A DNA stretch of 44,229 nucleotides from Octopus bimaculoides (GCF_001194135.2 NC_068983.1:73237580-73281808), one strand, 5' to 3'; positions 22,990-36,916 are shown, counted from the first letter of the stretch. The notes: generated from the sequence alone by a model not told the origin. Translations and numbers: made by a program.

Positions 22990-23190
22990 TCATATGTTTG
23001 CTCGATCAGGACTGAGTTGGGGTTAAATAACAGCGTCGGCGATGTATTAGAGATAAAAAGAACGTTGATGACCACGTTCATAAGGTACCGGGAAACCAAT
23101 CAAGTGGACAGCAATCGTCGTAGTGCTGTGTCCATGGTCAAGACAAATAGGGCAGTCCATATAGGCGAAGAACAGATACTGCCACCATGA
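22990..23190 (+). mobile_element. Degenerate RTE-like LINE 3' fragment
   Basis: IRTELGL..DV, DHV and KWTAIV..CP..G.P..R recovered across frameshifts. Confidence 0.4.
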
Positions 23191-24039
23191 ATCGACGAGT
23201 TCACTCGACCTTCAAGAAATAGCAGTCAAACCTCCATTAACCTCCTAGTTTTGAAAAGAAAATGGCGCACGAATAAGGTAGTCCTAGATACTCAATGCCC
23301 GAGTGAACGACGTAGTAGTCATGGTTGGAATGTCTGTGGTCATAGTTCTACCCAGATTTGGAAGTGAAAAACAACGGTAACACTGCTGCATAGAAAACAA
23401 TCACATCGCCATCATGTAGAGGCAGCAATGTTGTTTGACCCCAGGTCAGCCCTGGTTGAGTTGATCAAACTATTCCAACCGTGATCATCTCGGCCTTTTG
23501 TTTTACAGACGTATTCTGACTAGGACAACAAATATCAAAATACTAACCCATCGTCTTAAAAATGGTTAAATAGATGGGATCAACTAATGCTGAATATAAT
23601 ATGCCAACAAAGACAGGACGGCCACGGCTGGAATGCCTGTTAAACATTGTGCCCTCGACATAAGGTATGGTTCTCACAATACGTGTAAATGCTATCAGAG
23701 AACGACAGTAGCTATAAATGTTCATCAAGCAGGCTCCAAAACATCTATAGATGTGTCTTAAATCTCCAAAACACAAAATTCTACGAAAGAAAACCCAACA
23801 TTTTTGGATTATTATTTATAAATAACCCAGAAGAATACACTATTCATAAGAAAAATAATACGGACATCAACAACAACAATAAAAAACAAGGAATCTCTTT
23901 CCAAAGCCTACACAGAATATATCTAAAAATAAACGTTTCCCACACAAATACAAACTTTGTGAAAATGTAAAAATTCTCCAGTATAACATTAGCGCTTCTA
24001 AAAACACCTTTAAGGACCCAAAAATTTTTATCATCATAT

Positions 24040-25110
24040 ATAACATTTCCATAGCAATAATTCAGAAAATATTATTACTACGAGAATACAGAACATTCAA
24101 CATTATACTCAAATCAGACTGGACATATCCATAGCACAATGCGAGTAATCTTGTTAGATGAAAAAAAAACAAAAAAAAAAAAAACATGCATTCTAAAGTA
24201 ATAGGAAATGACACTAGACGAAAATTGCAGGCTTTGAAAATATAAATTAGCAGCACGAAACACACACACACACACAACTTATATATCACTATCGAACTGA
24301 TCAATCTTCCCATGGCATTACACTTCTGACCTAAAACACATTCACAAAAACCATAATTAGAAGAGACTTCGACGCACTTAAATCATTCTGGTTTTCAAAT
24401 AGTACAGACAACAAACCAGGTAACTTAATTGTATTATAGCTAAAGTACCTTTGCTTCATAAACAGTTCACCTTAACAAGCCAACTACAACAATTGTTCAC
24501 CAACACATTCGCACTTTTTCGAATTTTAAGAAAGAACAATACAATGGATTTCATAAAGTAACAGAATCAAGATTTTCAGTATTCAACTGTACTACACTCT
24601 GGTTAGTCCACATTACACGGTAAATAGCATTACTCATTTTTACCAACTGAGCGGACTGGAGCAACAGGAAATGAAGTGTTTTGCTCAAGAGAGCACAACG
24701 CATCACCCGGTCCAGGAATCGAAATCACAATCTTATAATTAATCATAATCCAACAGCCTAACCACCAAGCCACCAAGCCATATGCGCCTCCACTACAGAA
24801 CATAAATTCAGCAATATAATTATAGATGCATCCCAAAAACATATCCTACAAGTCAACATAGACACACAGTACCAATGATATACCAGAAATAGTCAATCTC
24901 ATAAAAAACAAAGACAACCTCAAACACAATACACCAAAACTACAGACAACCGAAATAGAACTCGACATCAACAATTAAACAAGGAAATAACAAAAATAAT
25001 AAACTACAGAGAGACAGAAAATTGGCGAACATTTGTATTCAACATAAACCATAAAAGTAATAATAAAATGCTATTGAGAGTAATTAACAAATCAACAGTA
25101 ACAACGGCTA
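24040..25110 (+). mobile_element. Decayed I/Jockey-group LINE ORF2 (endonuclease end plus linker), interrupted by a SINE
   Basis: TIIRRDFDALKSFWFS (GDFNAH-like motif), NFKKEQYNGF, FSNIIIDASQKHI, QLNKEITKIINYRETENWRTFV. Confidence 0.6.
24630..24792 (-). mobile_element. SINE family C 5' part
   Basis: Reverse complement of GGAGGCGCATATGGCTTGGTGG...TTGAGCAAAACACTTCATTTC...CTCAGTTGGTAAAAATGAGTA. Confidence 0.85.
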
Positions 25111-25539
25111 CATCACAATGTTGCAGTAACAGTCTCAAGTAATATATCCACAAGAAAACGCCCATATCAGATATTTAACATAAAAATCACCCCCCAAAAT
25201 CCTCAAAGAAAACGGGAACTTAAAAGGGAAAATATGCACTTTCTATCTGGACCATGATTTTGGGCCCTTTCCTTTCATTAGACATCCAAAAGCAATAGGG
25301 AAATGTGTAAAAAAATTTCATAAGCCCAATAAAATCACAAACATCCAACTGAAACACTTACAACCTGCATTTACTAACATCTACAATTATATGCACCAAC
25401 ACAATCAAATTTTCCGAATTTGATTGTTAGGACAAATTATAACACTTATAAATTTCAACAAAACATCCAAGTGGACTAATATCATAGTGATATTAGTTAG
25501 GCACATCCTCGAAAATTCTAGAAAGGCTTAATCCCTGAT

Positions 25540-25748
25540 GGAGGCCCATGGCTTAGTGGTTAAGGTGTTGGATTCCTGGACTGGGCGACGCATTGTGTTC
25601 TTGAGCAAAACACTTCATTTCACGTTGCTCCAATCCATTCAGCTGGCAAAAGTGAGCAATCCTGCGACCCGTCCAGTGGGGGTGAATATATACTTCATGG
25701 AAAGAGTAAAACCGGCCCTATATCTCTATATGACTCGGGAAGGGTCTT
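25540..25748 (+). mobile_element. SINE family C, internally deleted
   Basis: GGAGGCCCATGGCTTAGTGGTTAAGG A-box and TTGTGTTCTTGAGCAAAACACTTCATTTC core. Confidence 0.82.
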
Positions 25749-26406
25749 AGTCCCTGATAGTAATCTTATAAAAGAAAAGTGTGTGTGTGTGTGTGTCTTT
25801 TATTGGTTCACATGAGTAATTAATCCGATAAACCAGCACGTTTGAACAAAATACTTTGTGACATTTATTCCGCCCCTGTTGCACAGACACGTCGAAAATT
25901 CAATGTACCATTGATTGGTCCTTCGGAAACCTGTAACCAATGATACTATTGTTAACAAAATGTATGATAATAATATTTTTAAAACGTCTATATTAACGCA
26001 TGAGCATAGAGATACAATTTACACATGCTACACACACACACGTTAATGTTACTCTCTCTGTCCGAGATGGGCGGTTCTACAATTTCTTGTTGAACAACCT
26101 GCAGATATGATTTGTTTATATTGATCCAAAGTTTGTGTTGTACATTAGCGCACTCTCGCACTCTATCCATCAAATTGACATTGCCTGTACAGGTGCACGG
26201 TGTGTCACATCGAAGCGATTGCAGAACACAGCACACCTCCTTATCTGCGAATCGTAACTGCAATCTCACGATCGTGAGCGCAACACCCTAATAACTAGGC
26301 CACGCGTTCTGCCATACATACATACAAACAAACAAAGATACGTACGTACCTAAATACATACGTGTGTGAATTTGTCTATACAGTACTTTAAAAATACTAT
26401 ATACAT

Positions 26407-27105
26407 GTAGTGGTCACGAGTCCACTTCGAAGGCTATGCATTTGCAATCCAAGAACAGAAGATTGTTACTAAATACCTAATCAACAAGAGAGACAGTGAA
26501 GCCTTTAGAGTTCCAAGATGCAACTGAAAATGTAGATTATGTCATATTTATGTGGATGGCATCACACATATGATTAGCAGCTGCGCAAAAATGTCATCAA
26601 GGTACTAACTCCCTATGCGACATGACGTTGTCGCAAAATAATATACAACGCCATTCGGAAAAAAAAAAAAGACTGTCCTGGAATAAATACAGAGAATCCT
26701 CCTGATATTGAATACGAAGACAAATATCAACACAAAGAATATTAGTGGAAAATTCTCATCAAAACATCTGTCAAGTGTAAACATAATATGCCGGATATTG
26801 TTGTTTGGGGTAGACAAGAAAAAGTATGTACCGTCATAGAGGTCAGCTGTCCTGCTGATGTGAATATCTTTTTGAAAATCAAAGAGAAAGAAGATAACTA
26901 TGGCCAACTGCCTCGAAACTTCCAACTTCTATATCAGGATTACAAATTTACATTTATACCAATAATAATGGAATACTTGGTTTTGTAAGTAAATGCTTAA
27001 CTGTCAGTCTGGATAAGATTGGATTTTCAGAAAAAGAAATCAACTGATTCGCACATTACAAATACAATCTGTAAGCGGAACAGTAAAACTATTTTTTCTC
27101 AGATT
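26407..27105 (+). mobile_element. R4/Dong-like (RLE-type) non-LTR retrotransposon 3' ORF remnant
   Basis: EGYAFAIQEQKIVTKYL, CCHC knuckle CRLC...THMISSC, RHDVVAK, and endonuclease PDIVVW..EVSCP..K..Y; several stops and frameshifts. Confidence 0.85.
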
Positions 27106-29229
27106 GTTTGTTATCTACATTCCAAAGCTGGAGTTTTGTATCTTTGTTAGAAACCTTCAGGGGAAGGATTTAAATGATTAAATACAGAAGAGACATATGC
27201 ACAACGGATTTTCACACAGTTTCCGTCTACCAAATACACTCACAAGGCATTGATCGGCCCAATGCTTCTTAAGCACACAGACATACCCTCGCCTATCTTA
27301 CATTCACTGAAGTTTTATCTTCAAACAATGAATTATTCTCGGAAAGGAAAGGTTATATAATCTAATTGAGTTTATTTCTTTTAATATGGTCAGTTAAGTT
27401 GTTTTAACTGTTACGTCTTTCAGTTTTAATACTGATGTACTTTGGATATTTGAAAAAGTAAACAAAGATGTTTTTGATTTTCTTTTATGGTATTACAGTT
27501 TGTTTTTTATACCCTTTTTGCTGAAAAGCGACCTCTTTTTAAAACTTTGTGTTTTGTCTTATACTTAATTGTTTGTAACTTCATTAATAAATTATATAAA
27601 ACCTCATAACGGCATTACAAATTTCAAACCCAAACATTAACCGGTTAGGGTGTTAAAAAGTTGCCTGGTGATGCACACTGGCCATGAATGTTGTATGCAT
27701 TAGATCAACATCAATAATATATACATGAGATTATCCTTAGATCGAGAGAAAAAGTGAAAAAAGTTTCTTAAAAACATATGTTGTGAAATAGTGGGAAAGT
27801 GTGTCAGGTATTGTGGAGAAAGTACATGATAAAACAAATAAAGAAGAATTCGTTGAATAAGTCAATGTTAGACTGCTTAATCGGGAGCTGGTTTATATAT
27901 TCAAAATCTTAACAAGTACTTGTGAAAGTAGTAACATTAAGTAAAATATTCCGATCTTGTTTAGATAACAACCGGAATTGTTGACGTTATTCAACTTTTT
28001 TTTTTTTTCATCAGCTGTACTAAAACATGCAACTTGTGTATAGCTAAGAAAGGTTTAATTTTGAATAACATCAACAATTCTGGAAATTATCTAATCACAA
28101 GATCTGAAATATATTTTTACAAAATTCTGCAACTTCTACAAGTTGTTAATTATGAAAGTCAATACCAAATGGTACCCTGTTGTTTTCACAAAACCTCTTT
28201 CAATACGGTGCCCCTTTATGGTTGCAGTTCAATGACTGAAACAAGTAAAAGATAAACGATTACGGTCGAATTTGATTTAGAAGGGATACCAGAGCAGTGA
28301 TTCGTGAAGTAGAAAATGTTTCGTCATGGGTATGTTAAAGTTATTTGACAGAAAAACCTAAATTTTGAGAGTAAAGGCGAAATCCTCAGCAAGAAGCAAT
28401 AATACAAAATACAGGCATACCTCTTCTTACGTCCGTAATTGGTTCCAAGACATGTGACTTAATTAAAAAAACCACGTAACACGAAAATATCTGTTATAAT
28501 AAATGGCTTGTATATATTTTATTTGATTTTAGACATCAGTAACGTTTTTAGGTTTTTGTTTTTTATTATTTTTTGTATTTTTAAATATGTCCAGTGAGAG
28601 CGACGTAAAGAAGGATAAATCGACTGAAGTTCAAGTTTATTTTTCCATTAATTTCTTTGAAAAAAAAAAAATCGACGCAAAGTCGAAAAGACTTAACTAG
28701 AAATGACATAAGTTGAGGTATGCTTGTAGTTGCTGAATGGTTGCAGTGGTTGCAGATGTACTCCGTTTCGTGAGGTAGCTGCAGAGATAACAGAAAACCA
28801 TAAAAAAAAACCTAAAAAAGTAATTATAAAAATTTAAAAAACCCCCAGACATTTGGCACTTAGCACCAATGCTACTCGCTACCACTGAAATAAGAGCGAT
28901 GCTATCAGTAGATGTCGAAATCGTTGTGATCTCTAGTCGACAGCTGATGATGGAATGCCCTACAATACAAGCTACATAAAAATAATACATTCAATCACTG
29001 ATTAATTCACACACACACAAGCAAAATGCATTTTCATTTCTGTGCATTCTTTAAAGTGAGTGTATTATTCCTACAATCAGTACAAGAAGCAATCAGATTT
29101 TTCATCTCACTCCTCCTCACCACACAAAATAGATCAATTGCTTCATTTTCGTCTGTATACATTTCTTCTTATTAAATATCATTGCTATGACAATGAGTCA
29201 ATCGATTAATACACATCACAATTCAAGAT

Positions 29230-29386
29230 ATATACATATGTGTGTGTGTGTATGTATGTATGTATATATATGTATAATGTATGTATGTACGTATATACAT
29301 GCTTATACATATTCATACATATGTATGCGCAAATATATATATATATATATATATGTGTGTATACATGTATGAATGTGTATATATGC

Positions 29387-29418
<32 letters not shown>

Positions 29419-29450
29419 GCACGCATACACATACACACACGTATGTATTT
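29230..29450. repeat. Compound (TA)n/(TG)n/(TATG)n microsatellite
   Basis: Directly visible. Confidence 0.95.
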
Positions 29451-29629
29451 ATGAGATGAAAGCTAATTTCTGCTGTTTTCTCCGAAAAGCGCTACACGAT
29501 CTTAATGTTTATCAATTTTATCTGTATATGTTTAGCCTTGTCACACCGTCTGCTTTTTCTATTTATCGCTTCTTTGATGTAACATTTTTTTTTTTTTTCA
29601 CAATAAAATTTAGTTATATACTCTGTTAT

Positions 29630-30190
29630 TTGTGAAATCTGACTTCCGCCATCACTCTCTTCACACAGTCACACACACACATTTCTATATTTCTTTCAAA
29701 TTTTTACTCACAATTTATTTTAACCCTCTCCTTATCAGTTTTCTCTATATCAATCTATATTACTCTTTTTCTCTTTTATTTATTCTATTTCCATTCTGTC
29801 TTTCCTTTTACTCTCTTCCGCCATTTTAACCCTCACTCCTTTTTCCTTTGTTTTACATTCTCCTACCCAATTATGTCTTTCTCTTTCTCTCATTTACGTA
29901 GATTTTCGCCGCTATTTCATCTGTATTTCTTTTAGTCTCTCTAGCCATTTTGTCATTCTACTTCTTTCATTCATTATTTCCTCATTTCTGTTCCTCTTTC
30001 GTTAACTTTATTCTGTCCAAATACCTTTTTTTTTTTTTTTTTTCCCCTTCTTTAACCCATTCTCTTTTCTCTCTGCTGTTTCTTTTCCTATTCAACCTTT
30101 CTCAATTTTCTCTTTCCTATACTTGTCCCCTCCCCTTCGATCATTGCTTTTCCTATTCTCCTACTCACTAATTTTTAATCTTCATTTTCT
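29630..30190. repeat. Long polypyrimidine (CT-rich) tract
   Basis: About 550 bp dominated by C/T on the + strand. Confidence 0.85.
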
Positions 30191-30549
30191 ATTTCTTTAT
30201 TTTTAAATATATATATATATTTAATGTTTTCCTAATATTGATTACATTAATGTTATTATTATTATTATAAAAATTTTAAAGATTTTATGCTATTTTATTA
30301 TCTTCATATATTTTTTAATCTGATCCCGATGTAAAAAGTATGATTTGTCACCAAAAAATTTCGATAAATCAAACGTAAAATTCTCATTATGAAACGTAAA
30401 AAAAAAAAAATCATAGCACGAACTGTCAACTTTATTTTTACGAAGCTTGCATAGGATTTGGTTCCCACCCATGCACGTATGTGTGTGTATTATATATATA
30501 CACATATATAGGTGTGTGTATATACATGCGCATATATAGGTGAGTAGGA

Positions 30550-30596
<47 letters not shown>

Positions 30597-30626
30597 CACA
30601 CACATACAGACACATGTGTAGGTGAT

Positions 30627-30658
<32 letters not shown>

Positions 30659-31338
30659 NNNNNNNNNNNNNNNNNNNNNNNNNNNNNNNNNNNNNNNNNN
30701 NNNNNNNNNNNNNNNNNNNNNNNNNNNNNNNNNNNNNNNNNNNNNNNNNNNNNNNNNNNNNNNNNNNNNNNNNNNNNNNNNNNNNNNNNNNNNNNNNNNN
30801 NNNNNNNNNNNNNNNNNNNNNNNNNNNNNNNNNNNNNNNNNNNNNNNNNNNNNNNNNNNNNNNNNNNNNNNNNNNNNNNNNNNATGTATATATTTGTGTT
30901 TGTGTATGAGAGAGGAGAGAGATTAAAGGAAAACCAGCGCAATGATTCTTTTTTTTATAATATATATGTTCAATTTTATTTTAAAATAAACGGATAATAA
31001 TTCCTGGCAGAATCAGTAGAACATAGGTCGTAATTCCCTGCGTTGCTTAGTGTGTTGGTTTTTTTTTTTAAAGTTCAAATCCCGCCGCAACCGACTCGAA
31101 TGTTGTACCTTCTAGGATCAATGAAACAAAATATCTTTTGGTTGTGTTTAGTCCGAAGGTGGGCCCTTTATGTTCTGAAATCCATCAGATATTGAAAAAT
31201 TCAACTTCCCATCATTCTAGTGACTATAAAATAAACTATCAACCAAGACAAACCGAGACCATTTAATTGATAGATCGGTGAAATGTTAAGCACGTCGGAA
31301 AAAGTACCCATCCATCATTTCTTCTCCACCTGCTATTC

Positions 31339-31636
31339 CTAGGTGGGTCGTTGGAGTGGAGTCCTCAGACACCTCCTCCGTAGGGTCAATACATTTTCCA
31401 GCTGTGTTTTCAAGCGTGACCAATATGTTCTTAGTCTACTCCTAGGTTTCCTGCCCGTTGGATCGGCTTGATGAATCCGTCTTTCGATTCTTTCCAGCGG
31501 CTTTCTAATCATATCTCTGTAGAACTGGAGCTGTAACCTCTCTATGCGAAAAAGTAGCAGCTTGACATGGCAAGGCTCTCTGATCTCTGAGCTACGCACT
31601 CTGTCGACTAACGTTACTCAAGAGACCCTTCGGAGT
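31339..31636 (-). mobile_element. RTE-clade LINE 3' end
   Basis: LRRVS*VTLVDRVRSSEIRE..LLFRIERLQLQFYRDMIRKPLERI..PTGRKPRSRLRTYW matches the RTE ORF2 tail. Confidence 0.85.
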
Positions 31637-32561
31637 CACGACTTTTTATGTGCTCATGAGTTCAAATTCTCTCGAGGTTGACTTTGCTTTTCATCCTTCT
31701 GGTGTTGGAATCGATTTCATATTCCTAGAAAGCATCCCATATGTTAAGAAAATACATCTAAGTTTAAAGTTTATACATCGTTTCTAAATTTGTGGTCTTG
31801 CACAGTAAATCACTGTTATTAACTCCAAGTGCTCCAACTGAAAACATGGACACCTTGTAAATTTACGTCGTCTTCCATAATTTTTTCCGTTCAAGACATT
31901 TTTCGGGAAAAGTGTTTTTAAAACTGTCAGTGATAGTCGTAATTATTTCCCTCCCGCCATCTTCGGCAACTGAAGGAATACATTTTAAGAAAAATATAAA
32001 CAACTTTAAGTTTGAAGAGTGAAGGGCGATGGGAAGCAGCCATGACAGCTAAGGTAGCGGTAACACGAAAGCTGTTGTCTGTCTTGAAACTTTTGCTTGC
32101 TAAAGTGAGAAAGAGTCTCTAACTGAAGTTTTTTGGAAGTGTTAACTTTATCAAAACCAGTAATATAATGATAGAACTGGGGGTGAAAAACGAAACTTTT
32201 ATAGACAACAAAACCGCCATCACCAACTACAAAAAACAACACCTACAACTGTTGTGACATGAATAATAATAATAATGCATTACAAAGTGGAAATGATAAA
32301 AATGTAAATATCGACAAGACCAACATCAAAAGGGTGAGAATGTCAGCGAAACGCCTAACCAAAGACAGTATCACTACCACTACTATCATTATCGTCATCA
32401 ACAAGAACAAGAAATCAAAACAATAACAGCAACACTAATGACAGCGGCAGAAAAAAAACAACAACAAAATAATGGATAAAACATAAAAAGTAATAACAAA
32501 AACAACAAATATAGTTTATTTACAAGAGCTACCTCTTCCTGAACATGTGTGTGTACGTGTG

Positions 32562-32738
32562 TCCAACATCGCTTGACAACCGATGCTGGTGTGTTTACGT
32601 CCCCGTAACTTAGCGGTTCGGCAAAAGAGAGCGATAGAATAAGTACTAGGTTTACAAAGAATAAGTCCTGGGGTCGATTTGCTCGACTAAAGGCGGTGCT
32701 CCAGCATGGCCGCAGTCAAATGATTGAAACAAGTAAAA

Positions 32739-32740
<2 letters not shown>
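32562..32740 (+). mobile_element. SINE family A 3' half followed by (TA)n
   Basis: Near-consensus tail; (TA)n at 32741-32803. Confidence 0.92.
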
Positions 32741-32806
<66 letters not shown>

Positions 32807-33689
32807 GCAGAAGTGAAAAAAAGGACTAAGAAATTTTAGCTAATTTATATATTCATATGGGTCGTCGCTGTACGAAAGGGACGATTCAAATCAGTAAATT
32901 TTATAAGTCTATCGTTCTCCCTCCTATGAAAAATGCCTTAGAAACTGGCAGAAAATTCAGATGCTAATCACACCCTAAAATTATTCAAACCAATGCTATA
33001 TTGAAGCATACAAAACATGAGGATAGTTGTAACAGGTAGAAAAACCAAAGTATTTCAATAATAGGTGGCACTGACCATCACAAGTTTGTCTGTCTGATCA
33101 CAAAGTAGAAGCCAAAAATGTCACTGCTATTAACATTAGTTGCGAATCTACAAGAGTCATAGTAGCAAGAACAAAAACATCAATAACGATAGCAACTCCA
33201 CTAACAAAAATGAAAACAGCAGAAACAAAAACTTCAAAAACCATAGCCACACTTGCATCGTCTACAAGCATACTAGGTAGACCCCAATCTCTGAAAGCTA
33301 TTAAAAACATGAAACTCCCACAAACTTTATGTTGCTGTTGCCTTCCTAGAAACAACTCGTTTAGTGACGACGTTGAACCGAAAATTTTCCCTTTGATCAG
33401 ATCTAAAAGGACAAAGAGCCTCAATATCCAAAAAAGTTGACAGGCTTAATGTCACAGGGGAGAACGGATCTAACAGATCTACCAGATGACGATGAACAAC
33501 ACAAACCAGAAGAGCAAAAACAACAAAAATGAAAAAAAGGCAGTAAGAGCATCAAGAACAATAAATGGAACAAGAACAACGACAAAAACTACTTCTGAAC
33601 TTTCAATTGCAAGAACAACAAAGAGTTAATAGAGTTCATAAAGTTTCGACGAACACCGGAGCCGTCTCAGTAGCATCATAGCCCCCCCC

Positions 33690-33989
33690 CCGCCTCCGGG
33701 AAAATCATTGCACTGCCTTGTATGGTCACGACTAAAGACAGCTGTGTCCATCGTTATAGTGTGTAGAGTGAAATCGTTGTCAGTTGATCCATCGTAAAAT
33801 TTGTCTCGCCGCCTTCTTTTGATAAGGAAGCTCAGCAGTTTTCCTCTATCTGGTATCTCCGGCAAAAGAGGTAGTGTGGTGTACGAGATGGCGAGGACCG
33901 AAGAGAGACACATTCCTCTTACAACATTTCCAATTACCACCTGCAAAAGGAGGTTGAGAGTAGAGGGTGAAGAGCTACCCTTCTGCAAA
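33690..33989 (+). mobile_element. Tx1/L1-clade LINE ORF2 C-terminus, frameshifted
   Basis: SIVKFVSPPSFDKEA/AVFLYLVSPAKEVVWCTR..DTFL/KRRLRVEGE. Confidence 0.6.
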
Positions 33990-34352
33990 TNNNNNNNNNN
34001 NNNNNNNNNNNNNNNNNNNNNNNNNNNNNNNNNNNNNNNNNNNNNNNNNNNNNNNNNNNNNNNNNNNNNNNNNNNNNNNNNNNNNNNNNNNNNNNNNNNN
34101 NNNNNNNNAGTGACCCGTTTCAAATACTTGATCACACCATTTGAAAAGTGCTCGGATGCCTCTATTCCAGTTCTCTTAATTTCCTCTCAATGTAAATATC
34201 TGATCGGATCTGAAGAGAATTTTAAGGATCAATGTTTTGTTATATTTTCATGGTATAAAATGGATGAGATTTTTTTTCTGATGCTGATGCTTATTTCTGT
34301 TGAAAGCTTAAGCCAGTGATTCTCAATCGGGATCTATTTGAAATTTTGTTGT

Positions 34353-34578
34353 AAGAACTTCGCAAGCCAGGAGGAGGTCGAAACTGACATTTCAGAGTTC
34401 TTCGCTTTGAAAGCAAAAGAGTTTTACATTGATGGGATCAAAAAGCTTGGAAATAAGAAGGAAGGAAGTCATAGATAGTCAGGGAAAGTACATTGATGAT
34501 TAAATTTAAGTTAAATATAACATTTGATCACTCATTTTCTTTATTCAAAATTCGGACAGAACTTATAGGATGACCCGA
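34353..34578 (+). mobile_element. mariner transposon 3' end with TIR
   Basis: KNFASQEEVETDISEFFALKAKEFYIDGIKKL..KEVIDSQGKYIDD*, then TIR-like CGGACAGAACTTATAGGATGACCCGA. Confidence 0.85.
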
Positions 34579-34581
34579 TGC

Positions 34582-34624
<43 letters not shown>

Positions 34625-34628
<4 letters not shown>

Positions 34629-34995
34629 AAAATTGGCTGTGTGGTAAGGAGCTTGCTTACCAACCACATGATCAGGGTTTAGTGCAACTGTGTGGCACCT
34701 TGGGCAAGTGTCTTCTACTATAGCTTCAGGCGGACCAAAACCTTGTGAGTGGATTTGGTAGACGGAAACTGAAAGAAGCCCGTCGTATATACGTATATAT
34801 GTATGTGTGTTTATATGTTTGTGTGTCTGTGTGTGTGTCCCCAACATCGCTTGACAACCGATGCTGGTGTGTTTACGCCCTCGTAACTTAGAAGTACTAA
34901 GCTTACAAAGAATAAGTCCTGGGGTCGATTTGCTCGATTAATGGCGGTACTCCAGCATCGCCGCAGTCAAATGACTGAAACAAGTAAAAGAATAA
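34625..34995 (+). mobile_element. SINE family A, near full length
   Basis: Head TGGCTGTGTGGTAAGG, CORE-like domain, internal microsatellite, tail. Confidence 0.9.
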
Positions 34996-35529
34996 AATAC
35001 ACACATACATATATATTTATATATGTACGTAAATACATACATGGGCATACATAGGTATATTAAATACTATACAACATAAATTATTGATTTATTAAAAAAA
35101 CATCTCCGCCTCTACAGGATGTGTCATTATCACCAGATGGCAATTAAAATGAGGGCTACATGAGAAATGGCAATGCATCTCAAGAATCAAGTAGATGGAT
35201 ACACACACACGCATATTCGTAAGTATTGTGTATGTGTATTTATTTTGTTTACACCCGTCTTGAAGGTGGTGCTGGTTATGCTGTGTCCTTTGATGTTTCG
35301 TAAACAGCGTTTCGACAAAGAAATCGATAAAATAAGTACTGAACTGAAATAAGTATTGAGGCTGTTATGATCAACTTAAAAACTATTGAGGTCGGTGAAG
35401 CAGCTGGTCCATAGTTTGGTAAATGAATGAAATAATATATGCGCGCACACAGACACAGAAAAATAGATGCGCCGCGCGCGTACATTCCCCCACTCTCTAT
35501 CTCCAACATATACACATGTAAAAATTTGA

Positions 35530-35885
35530 TTGTGAGTCAACATGCAGTTTACGGTCGTAAATTATCCTAAAAATAATGAATGTAGACTACGAGAGAAACT
35601 GGAAGTGACGACAGTGAAATCTCAATTTCATGTAAATAACCTATGTGACATAACTAATGAACAGAACGTACATGTACTTAATATAACATGAAAGGCAAAT
35701 GTATATTTTATATAAGATGTAAACAATCACACTTCTTAGTGGTTTTAGTTGCTGGGAACGGTGTAACTGAACTACTCCTTCTGAAATACTTAACCCATCA
35801 CTATAAGGTACTGTACTTGTAGGGACGCGGAACAATAAGGGAGTAAATGAAATTTTGAGTTGTCACTCTCGTCACTTCCGGATTT
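35530..35885. promoter_or_regulatory. Candidate enhancer/promoter motif cluster (AP-1, two ETS-CRE half-site composites, forkhead)
   Basis: TGAGTCA 35533-35539; GGAAGTGACG 35601-35610; GTAAACAA near 35719; CGTCACTTCCGG 35870-35881. Confidence 0.3.
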
Positions 35886-36039
35886 TATCACTATTTCCTT
35901 TCACATTTTTAGGACAATTTACTTTCACTTTTTTTTTTTACGATCGTAAACTGTATAATAAGCAGGTTCTGTACGTGGAAAGTCTTGCTTCAGTGTATGC
36001 TTGTAGAATGCGCAGAGGCAACTATGGTGTGTTCTCTCC

Positions 36040-36200
36040 AGGGCTAAAACACAGGCAAGGTTATTTGGGAGACCAGAAGTTGCAAATGCACAGCTATTGT
36101 CTAAGGGAAGGAACAAGAGCCGATACAACTCGACACTAGTGTCATCGCAGGAGCTACCAGAACGAAGTTGGAACGCAGCTTCGAACTCCTTTAAGGACTC
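36040..36200 (+). mobile_element. Tx1/L1 RT-thumb fragment
   Basis: RLFGRPEVANAQ and TKLERSFELL*G parallel the segment at 39060-39215. Confidence 0.45.
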
Positions 36201-36868
36201 TAGCTCGATGATACTAGTACGTTTTCATCGATTCCAGAAGTATGAAAGGCAAAGCTGACCTCGGTGCGATTCGAACACACAACATAAAGGAGCCGGAACA
36301 AATAGTATAAGGCATTTGTCTGAAGCCCTAACGATTCTGCCTCCACACATCATACATAAACATATGAGCGCGCGCACACTCACACACACACACACAATGT
36401 TCGCAAATAACAAATATCAACTATTACAGTTTTCAGATCAAGCATTTACGTGCAGTTCTTTTTATTATTATTATTAATATTATTATTTTGGTGGGTGGTC
36501 GCCATCAAAAGCCTTTACGTCTGAGTCAGAACCTATTTACTCCTTTCAATAGTTTTAAGCCTCGAAAGATGACACGTAATCAACAGAGATCAATCAGGAT
36601 CCATTCGCTTTGATGTGGTGATATAATGTATTTACCCTCTGCCTCCCACAACCTACCTCTCTTTCCTTTTTCATCCTTAATTTTTTTGTTCTTTGAGGTT
36701 TTTTTTTTTTTTATTTATTTTTTTATTTTTTATATCATATTTTGCTAAGAGTTGATGATATGCCTCTGATATTCCACACATCTTCTGCATTATACATACA
36801 GAAATACATACGATTGTATACACATATATAATATACATTCATACACTTACAAACATATATACATATAA

Positions 36869-36916
<48 letters not shown>

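Noticed and set aside
25988-26269. Cys-containing 93-aa minus ORF and a 14-bp palindrome at 26265-26278
   Set aside because: No recognisable domain spacing or splice sites; a short palindrome is plausible by chance.
28697-28990. 97-aa minus ORF with Thr/Ser-rich and hydrophobic stretches resembling a stalk plus TM
   Set aside because: It lies upstream of the CRD exon, includes a poly-T-derived segment, and has no compatible donor.
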